Shown: positions 1 to 9,556, counted from the first letter of the stretch. The stretch is DNA of 28,208 bases from Fimbriimonadaceae bacterium (GCA_020851885.1 JADZBW010000091.1:1-28208), one strand, 5' to 3'. Made by a program: numbers and translations. Notes: generated from the sequence alone by a model not told the origin.

Positions 1-1154
1 GAAAGCGCCTCTGAAATTGCCTTGGTGAAACTTGCGAGTCTTGCATCGGACATCGAGAGCACTTCGACGACGAGCTTTGCCAGTTGCGATGCCAGTGAAT
101 CGGTAAGGGTGATCGACTCGGCGATTGCCTTGTTCGCTTCTTTCTTGATCGTGTCGCTGAGCGTGATTGCTTCTGACACCGAGTGCTCTGCCGCCTTTGC
201 AATCGTTTCGGTGATCGTCCAAACCTCTGCGACGAGTCCAATCAGAACCCGCAGCGAGCTGATGGTATCGGTGAGGCTTAGTGCATCGGTGACTAGCTTG
301 TTCGTGGCCCGAACGACCGTCTCGCCAACTGTGATCGGCTCTAAGATCAGTTTGTTCGGCGACTTCTTGATCGTGTCCGACATCGACCATGACTCGACGA
401 CCGTCGACAAGAAGATCCGAAGCCCTGCGATGGTGTCGGTGATCGTCCAAGTCTCGGAGATCAACTTGATTGCCTGCTTCTTGATCGCGTCCGACGGTTC
501 CCACGTCTCGGCGATCAGCTTGATCGGAGTCTTCTTGACGGTCTCGGTATAGGTGAGAGTCTCGGCGATGGTCCGAAGCAGCGTATCGGCAAACGCCTCG
601 CTCATCGACCACGTTTCGATGACCCTCTTGTTCGGATTTTTGGTGATCCCTTCGGTGTACGAAAGCGTCTCTGCGATCAGCTTGACGGCGAGAGCGACCC
701 GCACGTCATTGAGCGTCCAAGGCTCTTTGACGAGCTTCTTGGCCTGCCTCTTGATCGTGTCTGAGAACCCGCTCGTCAGCGTTTCGATGATGATCTTGAG
801 CAAGATGCCCTCGACATCATCTGTCAGCGAGAGCGTCTCAAGAACAATGTGATTCGCAGACCCGCCAGCCCGAAGGGTGATCGTCCACTCTTCTATGATC
901 AGCTTGGCGAATGCATGGATCTTGGAGTCAGTCAGCGAAAGGACTTCGGTGACGAACCCAGCCGGAAAGCCGATAGTGATCGTGTCGGTCGGCGCCCAGG
1001 CCTCGGAGATCAGTTTGTTCGGGTTCGATATGCAGAGTTCCCCAAAGGTGAGAAGTTCTGCGATCCCGAATACCGTCGTGCCGCCTGAATGCCCCCAGTA
1101 GGCTCTAGGACGACGACGGTGAATGCGTCCATGCCTTCGATAGATCGTCGGCAT
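1..1154 (-). CDS. Long ~18-aa beta-repeat virion protein (putative fibre or fibre scaffold), truncated at left window edge
   Basis: Not in the ORF track because it has no stop in the window. ATG at 1154, open to the edge (>=384 aa): MPTIYRRHGRIHRRRPRAYWG..., then repeats such as KLIAETLSYTEGITKNPN, KLIAETWEPSDAIKKQAI, KAIAESITLTDSLASQLA. Lies downstream of the tail tip genes. Confidence 0.8.
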   Translation of the reverse strand, partial: MPTIYRRHGRIHRRRPRAYWGHSGGTTVFGIAELLTFGELCISNPNKLISEAWAPTDTITIGFPAGFVTEVLSLTDSKIHAFAKLIIEEWTITLRAGGSANHIVLETLSLTDDVEGILLKIIIETLTSGFSDTIKRQAKKLVKEPWTLNDVRVALAVKLIAETLSYTEGITKNPNKRVIETWSMSEAFADTLLRTIAETLTYTETVKKTPIKLIAETWEPSDAIKKQAIKLISETWTITDTIAGLRIFLSTVVESWSMSDTIKKSPNKLILEPITVGETVVRATNKLVTDALSLTDTISSLRVLIGLVAEVWTITETIAKAAEHSVSEAITLSDTIKKEANKAIAESITLTDSLASQLAKLVVEVLSMSDARLASFTKAISEAL

Positions 1155-1161
1155 TTACGCT

Positions 1162-1647
1162 CTACTCTTCTTCGATCCAAGCAGTGAAGCACCCTGTGAA
1201 GTCGTCTGCCGGCGTCGTCTCCATGACGATCACAAGCCCTTCCCCTTGTTTGGCCTTCGGGCAGAACCGCTCGTCTGGGTACCAGAAGTCGCATGGCGAG
1301 TTGCGCTCGTTCCAACCGATTTCGTCAAGCACAACCGCAGTGCTCGATGTGGTCGCGACCGTCGTGTCGTTTGCTCTGCAAGTTGCACCGCAAGCGACAT
1401 CGGCAGAGTCCATCGGGACGGCAGTGGCAGAAGATCCACCAGAGCCAACGGTGAACGTCGCAGGTAGCCGCTTGACGGTGATGCGAAGTCCTTCTTCGCC
1501 GGTGTCTCCAACCTCTGAGATCTGAGACAACCGAAAGCCTCTGAGCTTGATCGGCTTGTCGTCGGCAGGTTGGATCGAAAAGATGTCGGAGTTGCCTCCT
1601 GCGTTTGTGAACGTTCCGTTGTAGGTGACTGCGTAGATGCGGCTCAT
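1162..1647 (-). CDS. Hypothetical virion-associated protein (161 aa, beta-rich)
   Basis: Clean ORF in the tail-distal operon; GGAG Shine-Dalgarno upstream; T/G/S-rich beta composition. Confidence 0.7.
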   Translation of the reverse strand: MSRIYAVTYNGTFTNAGGNSDIFSIQPADDKPIKLRGFRLSQISEVGDTGEEGLRITVKRLPATFTVGSGGSSATAVPMDSADVACGATCRANDTTVATTSSTAVVLDEIGWNERNSPCDFWYPDERFCPKAKQGEGLVIVMETTPADDFTGCFTAWIEEE

Positions 1648-1656
1648 GGGCTTTGG

Positions 1657-2175
1657 TTATCTCCTTCGAAAGAAGCGGGTGACTCGTCGGTACGGTGGTT
1701 GTGCGGGCAGCGGTGCATCAGGGCACTCAAACCATGCCTGACTGCATGAAACGGTGTTAAACGACGACCCTGACTCGAATTCCAAGTACAGATCGTTGTA
1801 GTTGCTGATCGCGTTAGCTTCGCCGGCCGAGAGCGTGTAAGAGTAATCAGCAAAACTTGTCGAAAGCGTTGCCGTGGTCAGCGTTGCGATCGGCGAGCCT
1901 GCGCCGGTCGGATTGCCTTGATACAGAATGACCGTGACGGTGCCCGCTGCCGTCGACCCCTTGCATCTGGCCCAAATCTTGTGGCCTGAACTCGATACCG
2001 GGTCGGTGACGTTGCTGAGCGTGACGACGCCATCAGGCGAAGGCGATGTGCCAGCCTGCGAGATATAGTCGGCATCGTTGGCAGAGGACTCGTCGAGAAC
2101 CGAAAACAGGTTCGCCCCGGTGCTACTCCACCCGCCGACTTGGATGTCGGCATCTGGCCTTGCGTTTTGTGCCAT
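1657..2175 (-). CDS. Hypothetical virion-associated protein (172 aa, beta-sandwich-like, Arg-rich C-terminus)
   Basis: ORF tightly packed after the 904-aa gene; S/T/G/A-rich; ends PYRRVTRFFRRR. Confidence 0.7.
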   Translation of the reverse strand: MAQNARPDADIQVGGWSSTGANLFSVLDESSANDADYISQAGTSPSPDGVVTLSNVTDPVSSSGHKIWARCKGSTAAGTVTVILYQGNPTGAGSPIATLTTATLSTSFADYSYTLSAGEANAISNYNDLYLEFESGSSFNTVSCSQAWFECPDAPLPAQPPYRRVTRFFRRR

Positions 2176-2178
2176 GGG

Positions 2179-4893
2179 TTATGCGAAGTTCCTGCCCGAT
2201 GGTCCGATGTACTCAAACAGATCGCCTGATTGGATGCAGCAAGCCACGATGCGCTGAACGCCGCCCTGCTCGATCGACTCATCCACCGCGAGCCCGTCGT
2301 TATCGACCCCTGGGATTGCGGTGAACTCTGCTTCAAGTTCGTTCAAGGCATTGTCGAAGATGACGCCCTTGACGTCAGTTCCGCCGTCGATCCAGTAGAC
2401 GAAGTGATTGCCCTGCCTGCCTATGCAAACTGCGGGCATGGAAGCCTCGCCCGATGTGCTGATCTGTGTTGCCACGCTGAACGTTTGCCCTTCGTCTTCG
2501 GTGTAGTGGCGAACAATGTCGCCGTCGTTGGTTTCAAGCCAGATATAAACCCGCTGCCCTTTGCGGAATTTGTCCACCTGCAACGCGATCGATCTGGCCT
2601 CTAAGCCGGTTTCGATGTCGTCCCAGTCGAGCGAGTTATCCGAGATACCGAACCAGACAATGCCGTCGTCTCTGATCTGCGCCCGGTAATGCCGGAGCGA
2701 TGCCGAAACGTCATAAGCGATCTTTGATCGGCCAATCGAGACGCCGCCAACGTAGACATGATAGCGACGACCGATCGCGACGAGATCGTAATAGGCCTTC
2801 GTCTGTGGCGAGCTGTGCCGCGGCACGAAGTGCTCGACGTCGAGTGCATGCGGGACCGTGCGCTCATACCTGGAATTCGGCAGCACCTGCGAGCCGAACC
2901 CGTAAGAGTCGACCGGGTAATCGTAGGTGAAGATCGGATCAGCCGGGCTTGTGATTCTGACTTCGGTTGCAGATCCATTAACCGCAGTCGCCGCCGCTTC
3001 ATTGCCCCATACGTGCAAGGCAATGACTTCGTTGTCGTCCCAATTCAGTTCCCATCGACCGTAGAAGGCGCCGTACCCTGCACTCGAGGAAAGCGAGCCA
3101 TGCAGTTCGCAGACGCCCGTGGCATCTTGATCGGGCTGCAGGTCGAAGTCTGGTTGCTGAACGTCTAGTTCGCGAACCGGCCTGAGTTCCATCGATGATG
3201 CCGGAGCATGAGACGGCAGGCTGTAATTCGTCCCGACAATGGTCATGCCCTGCTTGGTGTTAAGCAGTCCGACCAATCCCGAGAGCGTCGAGCCGTTGCC
3301 AACCCTGAAAGCATCTCGGCCGTCGACGTGGCCGGCCATGAAGTGCGACAACTCGCTCGATGCACCATCGTCTGAGCCCGCCCGATGCGAGAGCCTCGCG
3401 ATGTCCTTGACGGCCATTCGAAGATCGGTGACTTCGACGGTGGCATCTGAGAACAAGAGCCGAACCGAGTAGATCGATCTGAGCCCCGAGAACCTCGATG
3501 ATGCCGCCGTTGTCTCGACTTGCTGTGCCTGGTTGTAACTCTCCAGCCGTGGGAACGAAGACGCCGGCGAGCCCGCGATCAACGACGGCCGAAGCGTGTC
3601 GATGTAGGCAGTGCCCGTACCGCTCAGGATGCCCGCAGAGAACGTCTTAACGACATCGGGCGACCCGAAGGACGCTGCGACCACTTCGACCGTCACGTTG
3701 GGCGATCCATCAGCGACGTCGTAATCGAAAGCGAGGTACCGATAAGGTGATCCGCTCACGATTGGCGACAGAACGGCCGTAAACGTGCCTGTAGCATCGC
3801 CTGCCGTTAGATTGTCGCCGACTGCGCTTGCACCGTCTCCCTGCGCTGCCCACGCCGCATGCGTGAGGTCTTTGGTGCTTGGCAGTTGGACCGTTGCGAA
3901 CTCGACATCTCTCGAATCGGAATCATCCGAGAAGAGGTGATTGATGTTTCGCTCGATCGGGTTTGCGATCTCTTCGTATAGGTAAGAGCCTGGCGTCTCG
4001 CCAAACGCTGCATATCGCCAATAGATGCTGACGTTGGTCGCCCAACTCTTTACCGGAGCGTCGAACGAGTAGGTATGAAACGTCGTGGTCGATGTTCGCA
4101 GAAGCGCACTCAGCGCAGAGCACCTCTTGACGACCGTAAACTCGTCGTCGACTGGTGTGTTTGCCTCTTGGATGAAGTCGAGGAAGTCGGTCGAACCGTT
4201 GATCGTTCCCGGGGTGTCGTAGATGTCGCCGAAGACCAAGATGACCGGTTTGACGAGTTGGTTGCCATCCAGATCGATCGGCTTGAACTTGACTCGGTAC
4301 TTGGTTTGCGGGTGAACGTTCGCCGTGATCGATGCCTGAGACCCGATCGATGGCGGCGCGACTGCATACAGGCTTGCGCTCGTTGCTTCGACCCCGTAGC
4401 CGTTCTGGAAGTAAGAGTGCTCTTCAAATACAGCGGCTTCCCCGAATATTTCAGCCCATTCGAGCCGCATACTTCCCGACAGACCGTTTGGCGATGGCGG
4501 CGCGATGCTTGCCGTAAACTCGAACGCATCCGAGATCAAGCAGTCTGCCGGCAGATGGCCAAGAGCCGTGGCGATCGTCGTCGTCGTGACGTATGTGACC
4601 GATGCAGGTTTGTCTAATCGCTCGTAGACTTCGGTGACCGTCGCCGTGCCAGCCGGGTCAAATCCGTTTTGCGCGACCGTCGCAAAGCTGTATTCGGCAT
4701 CGAATGTCGCTTCGATCGTAACGTTGCGGCGCCAAACGTATGGGGTGTTGACATTCAGCCCGCCGAGCCCCATGAACGGGGTTGCGTGTTGCCGGTAGTT
4801 CTGCGTAGTGGGCCAAGCAAGGGCAGGAAAGGCAGTCTGGACCGAGTGCAATTCTTGGAGTTCCAAGATCACGATCGACGAACTAAACGGCAT
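2179..4893 (-). CDS. Large tail tip / receptor-binding-type structural protein (904 aa)
   Basis: Long ORF downstream of tape measure and hub genes, beta-rich; start overlaps the upstream stop (TAATG). Function inferred from position. Confidence 0.65.
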   Translation of the reverse strand: MPFSSSIVILELQELHSVQTAFPALAWPTTQNYRQHATPFMGLGGLNVNTPYVWRRNVTIEATFDAEYSFATVAQNGFDPAGTATVTEVYERLDKPASVTYVTTTTIATALGHLPADCLISDAFEFTASIAPPSPNGLSGSMRLEWAEIFGEAAVFEEHSYFQNGYGVEATSASLYAVAPPSIGSQASITANVHPQTKYRVKFKPIDLDGNQLVKPVILVFGDIYDTPGTINGSTDFLDFIQEANTPVDDEFTVVKRCSALSALLRTSTTTFHTYSFDAPVKSWATNVSIYWRYAAFGETPGSYLYEEIANPIERNINHLFSDDSDSRDVEFATVQLPSTKDLTHAAWAAQGDGASAVGDNLTAGDATGTFTAVLSPIVSGSPYRYLAFDYDVADGSPNVTVEVVAASFGSPDVVKTFSAGILSGTGTAYIDTLRPSLIAGSPASSFPRLESYNQAQQVETTAASSRFSGLRSIYSVRLLFSDATVEVTDLRMAVKDIARLSHRAGSDDGASSELSHFMAGHVDGRDAFRVGNGSTLSGLVGLLNTKQGMTIVGTNYSLPSHAPASSMELRPVRELDVQQPDFDLQPDQDATGVCELHGSLSSSAGYGAFYGRWELNWDDNEVIALHVWGNEAAATAVNGSATEVRITSPADPIFTYDYPVDSYGFGSQVLPNSRYERTVPHALDVEHFVPRHSSPQTKAYYDLVAIGRRYHVYVGGVSIGRSKIAYDVSASLRHYRAQIRDDGIVWFGISDNSLDWDDIETGLEARSIALQVDKFRKGQRVYIWLETNDGDIVRHYTEDEGQTFSVATQISTSGEASMPAVCIGRQGNHFVYWIDGGTDVKGVIFDNALNELEAEFTAIPGVDNDGLAVDESIEQGGVQRIVACCIQSGDLFEYIGPSGRNFA

Positions 4894-5027
4894 TACGGCA
4901 GCTTCTTAACAGTCTTGGGTTGCTTCTTGGCCAGCAGTTCCCAGTTCGGACGCCTGACGACTTTATTGACCGATCTGAGCTCATGCCTGCGCACGATCGA
5001 TTCGAGGTCTACGTTTGGCTTTCTCAA
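4893..5027 (-). CDS. Small basic protein (44 aa, MRKPNVDLESIVRRHELRS...)
   Basis: TTG start overlaps the TGA of the 726-aa gene with GGAGG upstream; its stop overlaps the next ATG; fills the gap exactly. The track version (from 5204) is over-extended. Confidence 0.55.
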   Translation of the reverse strand: MRKPNVDLESIVRRHELRSVNKVVRRPNWELLAKKQPKTVKKLP

Positions 5028-7204
5028 TCTCCAACCCTCCGCAGGCAATAGGACGACTCGCGCCAGCGCCAACCAGTCGTCTCGCTGTATTCGTGGTCGA
5101 ACGTCGCTCGCAGCGAGAGCACCCGGTACCGGCCTTGTCCGTCTAGCCTGATGTCTCTGCCCCTCCAGATCGGGATCAGATCGGAGTCCAAGAGGAACTC
5201 GCAAGTAATCTCAGAGAGTCTTTGCACCGGCGTCAACCGCTCGTAAAGCAATGTCGCCGCCCGGTCGCAAACGTCTTGAGAGTTGATCGCAGGCTCAAGC
5301 AGTCCGTACCGTCTCGGTTCCCCTAGCCAGTTCTCAGGTCTTGATGCGACGGCGAGTGTCGGGTCCTGGCTCGATTCGTCCGGGTAATGCGATTGGATCG
5401 GCCGGCGCGATCTTGGATCCCAACCGGTGACGCGAATGTCGTTTGCTTCTGGCTCAAGTCGCCTTTCGGTGAACGATCTGAAGACGTGCTTCCATGCGTC
5501 GACTTCGAGAATTCCATTGTCGATCGCATCTTGGCGAGACGGATAGAGCGTGATCGCCTCGCCTCGAAGGTCCAAGGACTCTGGCGATTTGAAGACGAAC
5601 TTGATGCCGCCCGTCGTCGGTTCGAATCCCCAATGATAGGTCGCTGCGTAGTCTTCGATTAGGCGCTGAATCCATTCGGCAGCGGTGTCGCCGATCTCGA
5701 TGACAACGTTGAAGTCGCCTGCCTTGTCCTGCGGGATGTCGTCAAGGTAGAAATCCGGGTCGTCGAGATCTACGTCTTCAATTCCAGCCCGATCAAGGCA
5801 GAACGTCAGCGCATCAGACAGCCGATATCCGTCGAGCACTTGCCGCTCGCGGAACATGTAATTCTCTAAGGCTTTCCATCGATCGCGAACCTCTAACCGA
5901 GCCCGCTGCGATGCGTCCGATGTGGACATATCCCACTCCGGAGCGCCTCCGATGCCGTCTATTAGAACCGAACCTACAGAAACCTCAATGGGGCGGTTCG
6001 TGATCTTGCGAAGATCGGCAACAGTGCCTTCGGCGTCTTCCGGACCAATCACGGTGATACTTACGGAAACGCTTGTCGGGTCGTCAGGGACTTCGAGGTC
6101 GACCGATTCAACCCACGGCGTGAGATCGGTTGGATCGTTGGCTGTGTTTTCTATGATTGCTTGATATGCAACCTGAGCGCCATAGACAAACGGCGTGTAT
6201 GCCCCGTCACCGGTGAGAGTGGCCTTGATCCTGACTTTCTTGCTGTTGCCATCAGGTACGAATGGCGTCCCGCTTGGGTTAATCAGGATTGCTTTCGTTG
6301 TTGCTGTCGGAGCTCCACCAAATGGAGGGTCGCCGTAGATCCGAAAGTTCTGTCCGGCGCCGCCCGCGAACGCTGCATTATCGAATGTCTCAAGGGTGTC
6401 GCTGACGCTCGGCGCTTCGCTGAGTTGAAAGTCGTCGCTCGTCGCGTACCCAGTCGTGTTGTATTGCAACGGTGCGATCTGAATCTTCGCCGTCGCCGTT
6501 GGCAAGTCGACCCAGAAGACGCCGGCCGGTGTGATTACAGGATCGGTATCGCTCTCCTCGATGTCGTCGAATACATGACTGAACCCGTTGCCGTTGCGCG
6601 AAAGCACGATCAGCTCTCGTCGCCTTCCAGGGATCAGAAGCAAGCCGTATTCGCTCGCCCCGATATTCGTGCCGCTAATTGCTCCCGAGACGTTGTAGAT
6701 GCCAACGAGACTGGCATCCTTCCATATCTCCAGGTCGCCGCCCGAGTACAAGCGAAGCCCGATGCGTCCGGACAGGTTATAGACCGGATTGTTGCCCCAA
6801 CCGAACTCTGCGAGAACGAAGTTATCGCCCGCCGAGTAGTTGAAAATCGAAAGGTAGATGCCCCGGTTCTTGCCCAGGCTCGGCGTCATGAGCCAACCTG
6901 CCGCCGCCTGATTGCTCGAAAGCCACGGCCCCGCGGCGACAGTAGCGAGCGAATAATCGTTCGACCAATTCGCTGCCGTCTCGAAGGTCAGATCAGCCTT
7001 TGCGTACTTGGCATAGATGCCGGTGTTGAGCGTGTACCAAGCGTCGTACAGTGGCCCAGGCCTTAGCATGAGCGTGTTGGTAACCGGGTCGATAAACGTA
7101 TCTTGGTATTCGTAGCCGTTCAGTTCGTAGCCGGCAGCGATCACGCTGATCCGATCTTGCGACAGCCGCTTTTGCGCGTGGTCGAATATGGTGCTGAGTG
7201 CCAT
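5024..7204 (-). CDS. Tail hub / Tal-like baseplate protein (726 aa) with large N-terminal beta domain
   Basis: Directly after the tape measure gene. C-terminal half has hub-like motifs (AAEWIQRL..HWGF..FVFKSP, EANDIRVTG, SQDVCDRAATLLYERL, RGRDIRL..YRVLSL). Confidence 0.65.
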   Translation of the reverse strand: MALSTIFDHAQKRLSQDRISVIAAGYELNGYEYQDTFIDPVTNTLMLRPGPLYDAWYTLNTGIYAKYAKADLTFETAANWSNDYSLATVAAGPWLSSNQAAAGWLMTPSLGKNRGIYLSIFNYSAGDNFVLAEFGWGNNPVYNLSGRIGLRLYSGGDLEIWKDASLVGIYNVSGAISGTNIGASEYGLLLIPGRRRELIVLSRNGNGFSHVFDDIEESDTDPVITPAGVFWVDLPTATAKIQIAPLQYNTTGYATSDDFQLSEAPSVSDTLETFDNAAFAGGAGQNFRIYGDPPFGGAPTATTKAILINPSGTPFVPDGNSKKVRIKATLTGDGAYTPFVYGAQVAYQAIIENTANDPTDLTPWVESVDLEVPDDPTSVSVSITVIGPEDAEGTVADLRKITNRPIEVSVGSVLIDGIGGAPEWDMSTSDASQRARLEVRDRWKALENYMFRERQVLDGYRLSDALTFCLDRAGIEDVDLDDPDFYLDDIPQDKAGDFNVVIEIGDTAAEWIQRLIEDYAATYHWGFEPTTGGIKFVFKSPESLDLRGEAITLYPSRQDAIDNGILEVDAWKHVFRSFTERRLEPEANDIRVTGWDPRSRRPIQSHYPDESSQDPTLAVASRPENWLGEPRRYGLLEPAINSQDVCDRAATLLYERLTPVQRLSEITCEFLLDSDLIPIWRGRDIRLDGQGRYRVLSLRATFDHEYSETTGWRWRESSYCLRRVGD

Positions 7205-7207
7205 GGA

Positions 7208-8824
7208 TTACCGTGTGACTCTTGCCCTGGAAAGCATGCCCTGCATCACTGCGCCGCCTGTTTGTTGCTCAACCGCCGCAACGAGGTAGCGAATGGCATC
7301 TTCCACCTTCGACCCGCCATTGCGTTGACGTTTCATGGCACCTAACTCGACGGGAGTGATTCCCATGTTTCCAAACGTTCCGCCGCCTAGAATCGCTTTT
7401 TGGAGATCTTTCATGGTCTCGGTGTTCCTGGCCGTCTGAGCGGTACTTAAAGCAATCCTGCCTATGTTGTCTTCAGCCTTAAAGGTGAACCCGCCTTTAC
7501 TGGTGTCATTGATGCCTTTATTTGAGAACTCACCGAAACCTTTGAGGATATCGTCCGCTCGTTTGCCGACTCCGCCGAATACCTTGCCCCAAACCGGGTC
7601 ACTGGAGTTTCCGCCACCTGCGCCAAGCAGTGGGATTCGCCCAAAGGACTGATCTGGGTCTGCCCATGGATCAACATCTCCCCTCAGAACACGTGAGATC
7701 TTTGAGTTATACATGTCCTCAAAGACCTTGATCACCTTGTTGAGATTCTCAATGAACGAGTTGATCGACTTGCGAGCGTCCTCGATCTTAATCTTGATGA
7801 AAGCCATCGCGGTTGCAACAATAGTCGGTAAGGCCTCGAAGCCAGCGGTGATCAATGCCGCAATGCGAATGGCGATATTCTCCATCGACTTCATTCCGCC
7901 AATGGATTCGAGAATGCCAGAGGCAACCTTTCCGAAAACGTCTTGAGATTCCAGGTAATCGAAGAAAGAGACGACCTTATCAAGCGTTGGCAGAAAGAAC
8001 TCATTGAGCGCGTTGCCAATCTGAGCAATGATGCGGAACGCCACGTCCCCGAAGTTCTCGAAGCTGTTCTTAGCTCCACCCATCGCCTTCGGGAGCGTCT
8101 CCACTGCGTCGATGATCCGCATGATGAACTCTTGAGTTCCCATGCCCATCTTTTGAAGCGACTCGGTGTTAGCAGTACCGAATGCTTGAAGCATCAACTG
8201 CCTAATCTGAGGTACCCGCTCTGCGATCTGGTTGATTTCTTCGGCTGATACTTCGCTCTTGGTAGCGATTTGCGTCAACGCTAGCAACACGCCATCCAGG
8301 TCGTCTTTGCCCCCACCAACGGCAGCCAGCGCGTTCCCAAAGCCCATCATGGCCCGTTCTGCTAGGCGAGCATCGAATCCTGCCGCCCTGAGCCTAGTTG
8401 CGCCCTGAATGGCCTCCTCAAACCCAAGCCCCGGTAGTCTTGCGATCTCCTTGATACGTTTGAGTGTCTCCTCGAATTCCTCGGATGTCTTTGTGTAGAC
8501 CCTAAGCCCAAGCTTCAACGCCTCCAGATCGGCAGCGGTCTTCATGGCGTAGCCGCCAAAACCAATTAAAGCGACTCCCGCTGCGGCACCAACAATTGCA
8601 ACAGCCTTAAGAATGCCTAACAGATCCTGCAATCCTGGGATTGCGCTGTCCATCTCTGCAGTGGCGAACTTTAGGCTATTAGCAAACCCGTCCATACCTT
8701 GGCCGGTACCGGGCATGACTGCTGTATTGAGTTGCTTCGTCTGGTGAGCGATTTTCTTAACCGCAGACGTGTATTTGTCATCGACACTAAACGTCGTGAT
8801 GAACTCTTCCGTAGTTCTTGCCAT
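7208..8824 (-). CDS. Tape measure protein (538 aa)
   Basis: Helical A/G/I-rich protein with tape-measure domain motifs (ALTQIATKSEVSAEEINQIAERVP); follows the tail chaperone genes. Confidence 0.9.
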   Translation of the reverse strand: MARTTEEFITTFSVDDKYTSAVKKIAHQTKQLNTAVMPGTGQGMDGFANSLKFATAEMDSAIPGLQDLLGILKAVAIVGAAAGVALIGFGGYAMKTAADLEALKLGLRVYTKTSEEFEETLKRIKEIARLPGLGFEEAIQGATRLRAAGFDARLAERAMMGFGNALAAVGGGKDDLDGVLLALTQIATKSEVSAEEINQIAERVPQIRQLMLQAFGTANTESLQKMGMGTQEFIMRIIDAVETLPKAMGGAKNSFENFGDVAFRIIAQIGNALNEFFLPTLDKVVSFFDYLESQDVFGKVASGILESIGGMKSMENIAIRIAALITAGFEALPTIVATAMAFIKIKIEDARKSINSFIENLNKVIKVFEDMYNSKISRVLRGDVDPWADPDQSFGRIPLLGAGGGNSSDPVWGKVFGGVGKRADDILKGFGEFSNKGINDTSKGGFTFKAEDNIGRIALSTAQTARNTETMKDLQKAILGGGTFGNMGITPVELGAMKRQRNGGSKVEDAIRYLVAAVEQQTGGAVMQGMLSRARVTR

Positions 8825-8834
8825 AATGCGTCAC

Positions 8835-8948
8835 ATGAATCAAGGACAACCCAATCCCTTTAAGCTAGTTGGGCTGATTGCGCTAGGAGTCTTTTTAGGC
8901 CTGGTGCTTTTCTGCGGTGGCTTAATATTGTTGGGCTCGTGGCACTAG
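8835..8948 (+). CDS. Small single-TM membrane protein (37 aa), antisense moron-like gene
   Basis: MNQGQPNPFKLVGLIALGVFLGLVLFCGGLILLGSWH*. TGcCATAAT extended -10 ends 7 nt before the ATG; exactly fills the gap between the chaperone and tape measure genes. Confidence 0.6.
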   Translation: MNQGQPNPFKLVGLIALGVFLGLVLFCGGLILLGSWH

Positions 8949-9116
8949 CTAGGCCTTAGCTTCTCGCTCTTTGGTCTCCACGATCATCAGTGCGGCAAAG
9001 TCCCACATCTGCCGCTCTTCGTCTTCAGTTAAGGCGTCCGGGTGCTTCTTGAATATCTCCCGGCAGACAGTCAAACGGGCTCGCCAGATTCCGTCTGACT
9101 CAATTCTTTTTTTCCC
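8949..9116 (-). CDS. -1 frameshift extension of the tail assembly chaperone (gpGT-like C-terminal part)
   Basis: Slippery G GGA AAA AAA G at 9116-9106; the -1 frame reads RIESDGIWRARLTVCREIFKKHPDALTEDEERQMWDFAALMIVETKEREAKA* to the TAG at 8951-8949. Confidence 0.75.
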   Translation of the reverse strand, partial: GKKRIESDGIWRARLTVCREIFKKHPDALTEDEERQMWDFAALMIVETKEREAKA

Positions 9117-9517
9117 TCTTCGATCCAAGCCTCGATGCGCTCGGCTGTGATCTTGAACTGGTGGGCTCCGATCTGCTTGGTGACGTACTCGCAGATAAAG
9201 GGAGCATTAAGCAGCTGCAATGCCTGGATTTGGTTGATCTTGGGCTCGACTGACAATGCGGACATCGTGTAAGCAACGCCTAGGGCCTCTTCGCTATGCC
9301 CCAAATTGAGCCCCTTATGGGGATCAGGCATTGATGCGGCGAGCATCTTCTTGGACCACTCGTCACGCGCCTTCTCGAAGTTCTTTTGCTCGTCTCGCGT
9401 CTGTGGCACCTTGAACTTGTACACTGCGCCACTCGGCATCAATATCTCAAATGGCTCTGTCGGTGCCGAAAAGTCTCTGATTAGGTCATCGACTGGGTTT
9501 GTAGTTGCTTTTTTCAT
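9071..9517 (-). CDS. Tail assembly chaperone (gpG-like, 148 aa)
   Basis: Between tail tube and tape measure genes; ends ..EEGKK.. over a slippery heptamer. Confidence 0.8.
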   Translation of the reverse strand: MKKATTNPVDDLIRDFSAPTEPFEILMPSGAVYKFKVPQTRDEQKNFEKARDEWSKKMLAASMPDPHKGLNLGHSEEALGVAYTMSALSVEPKINQIQALQLLNAPFICEYVTKQIGAHQFKITAERIEAWIEEGKKELSQTESGEPV

Positions 9518-9534
9518 GATGTCTTAAATGAAAT

Positions 9535-9554
9535 GAGGCTCCCGAAGGAGCCTC
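9535..9554 (-). terminator. Perfect 8-bp hairpin with C(UUCG)G tetraloop closing the pentamer array (terminator or 3' handle)
   Basis: Minus strand GAGGCTCC-TTCG-GGAGCCTC followed by ATTTCATTT. Confidence 0.75.
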
Positions 9555-9556
9555 CC

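Noticed and set aside
22..1101. Plus-strand S/V/I-rich ORFs (22-552, 553-852, 849-1088, 877-1101)
   Set aside because: Antisense shadows of the long minus-strand repeat gene (1-1154).
6161..7066. 301-aa plus-strand ORF, and similar long antisense ORFs such as 15688-16515
   Set aside because: Fully antisense to well-supported structural genes; typical GC-rich codon-bias shadows.
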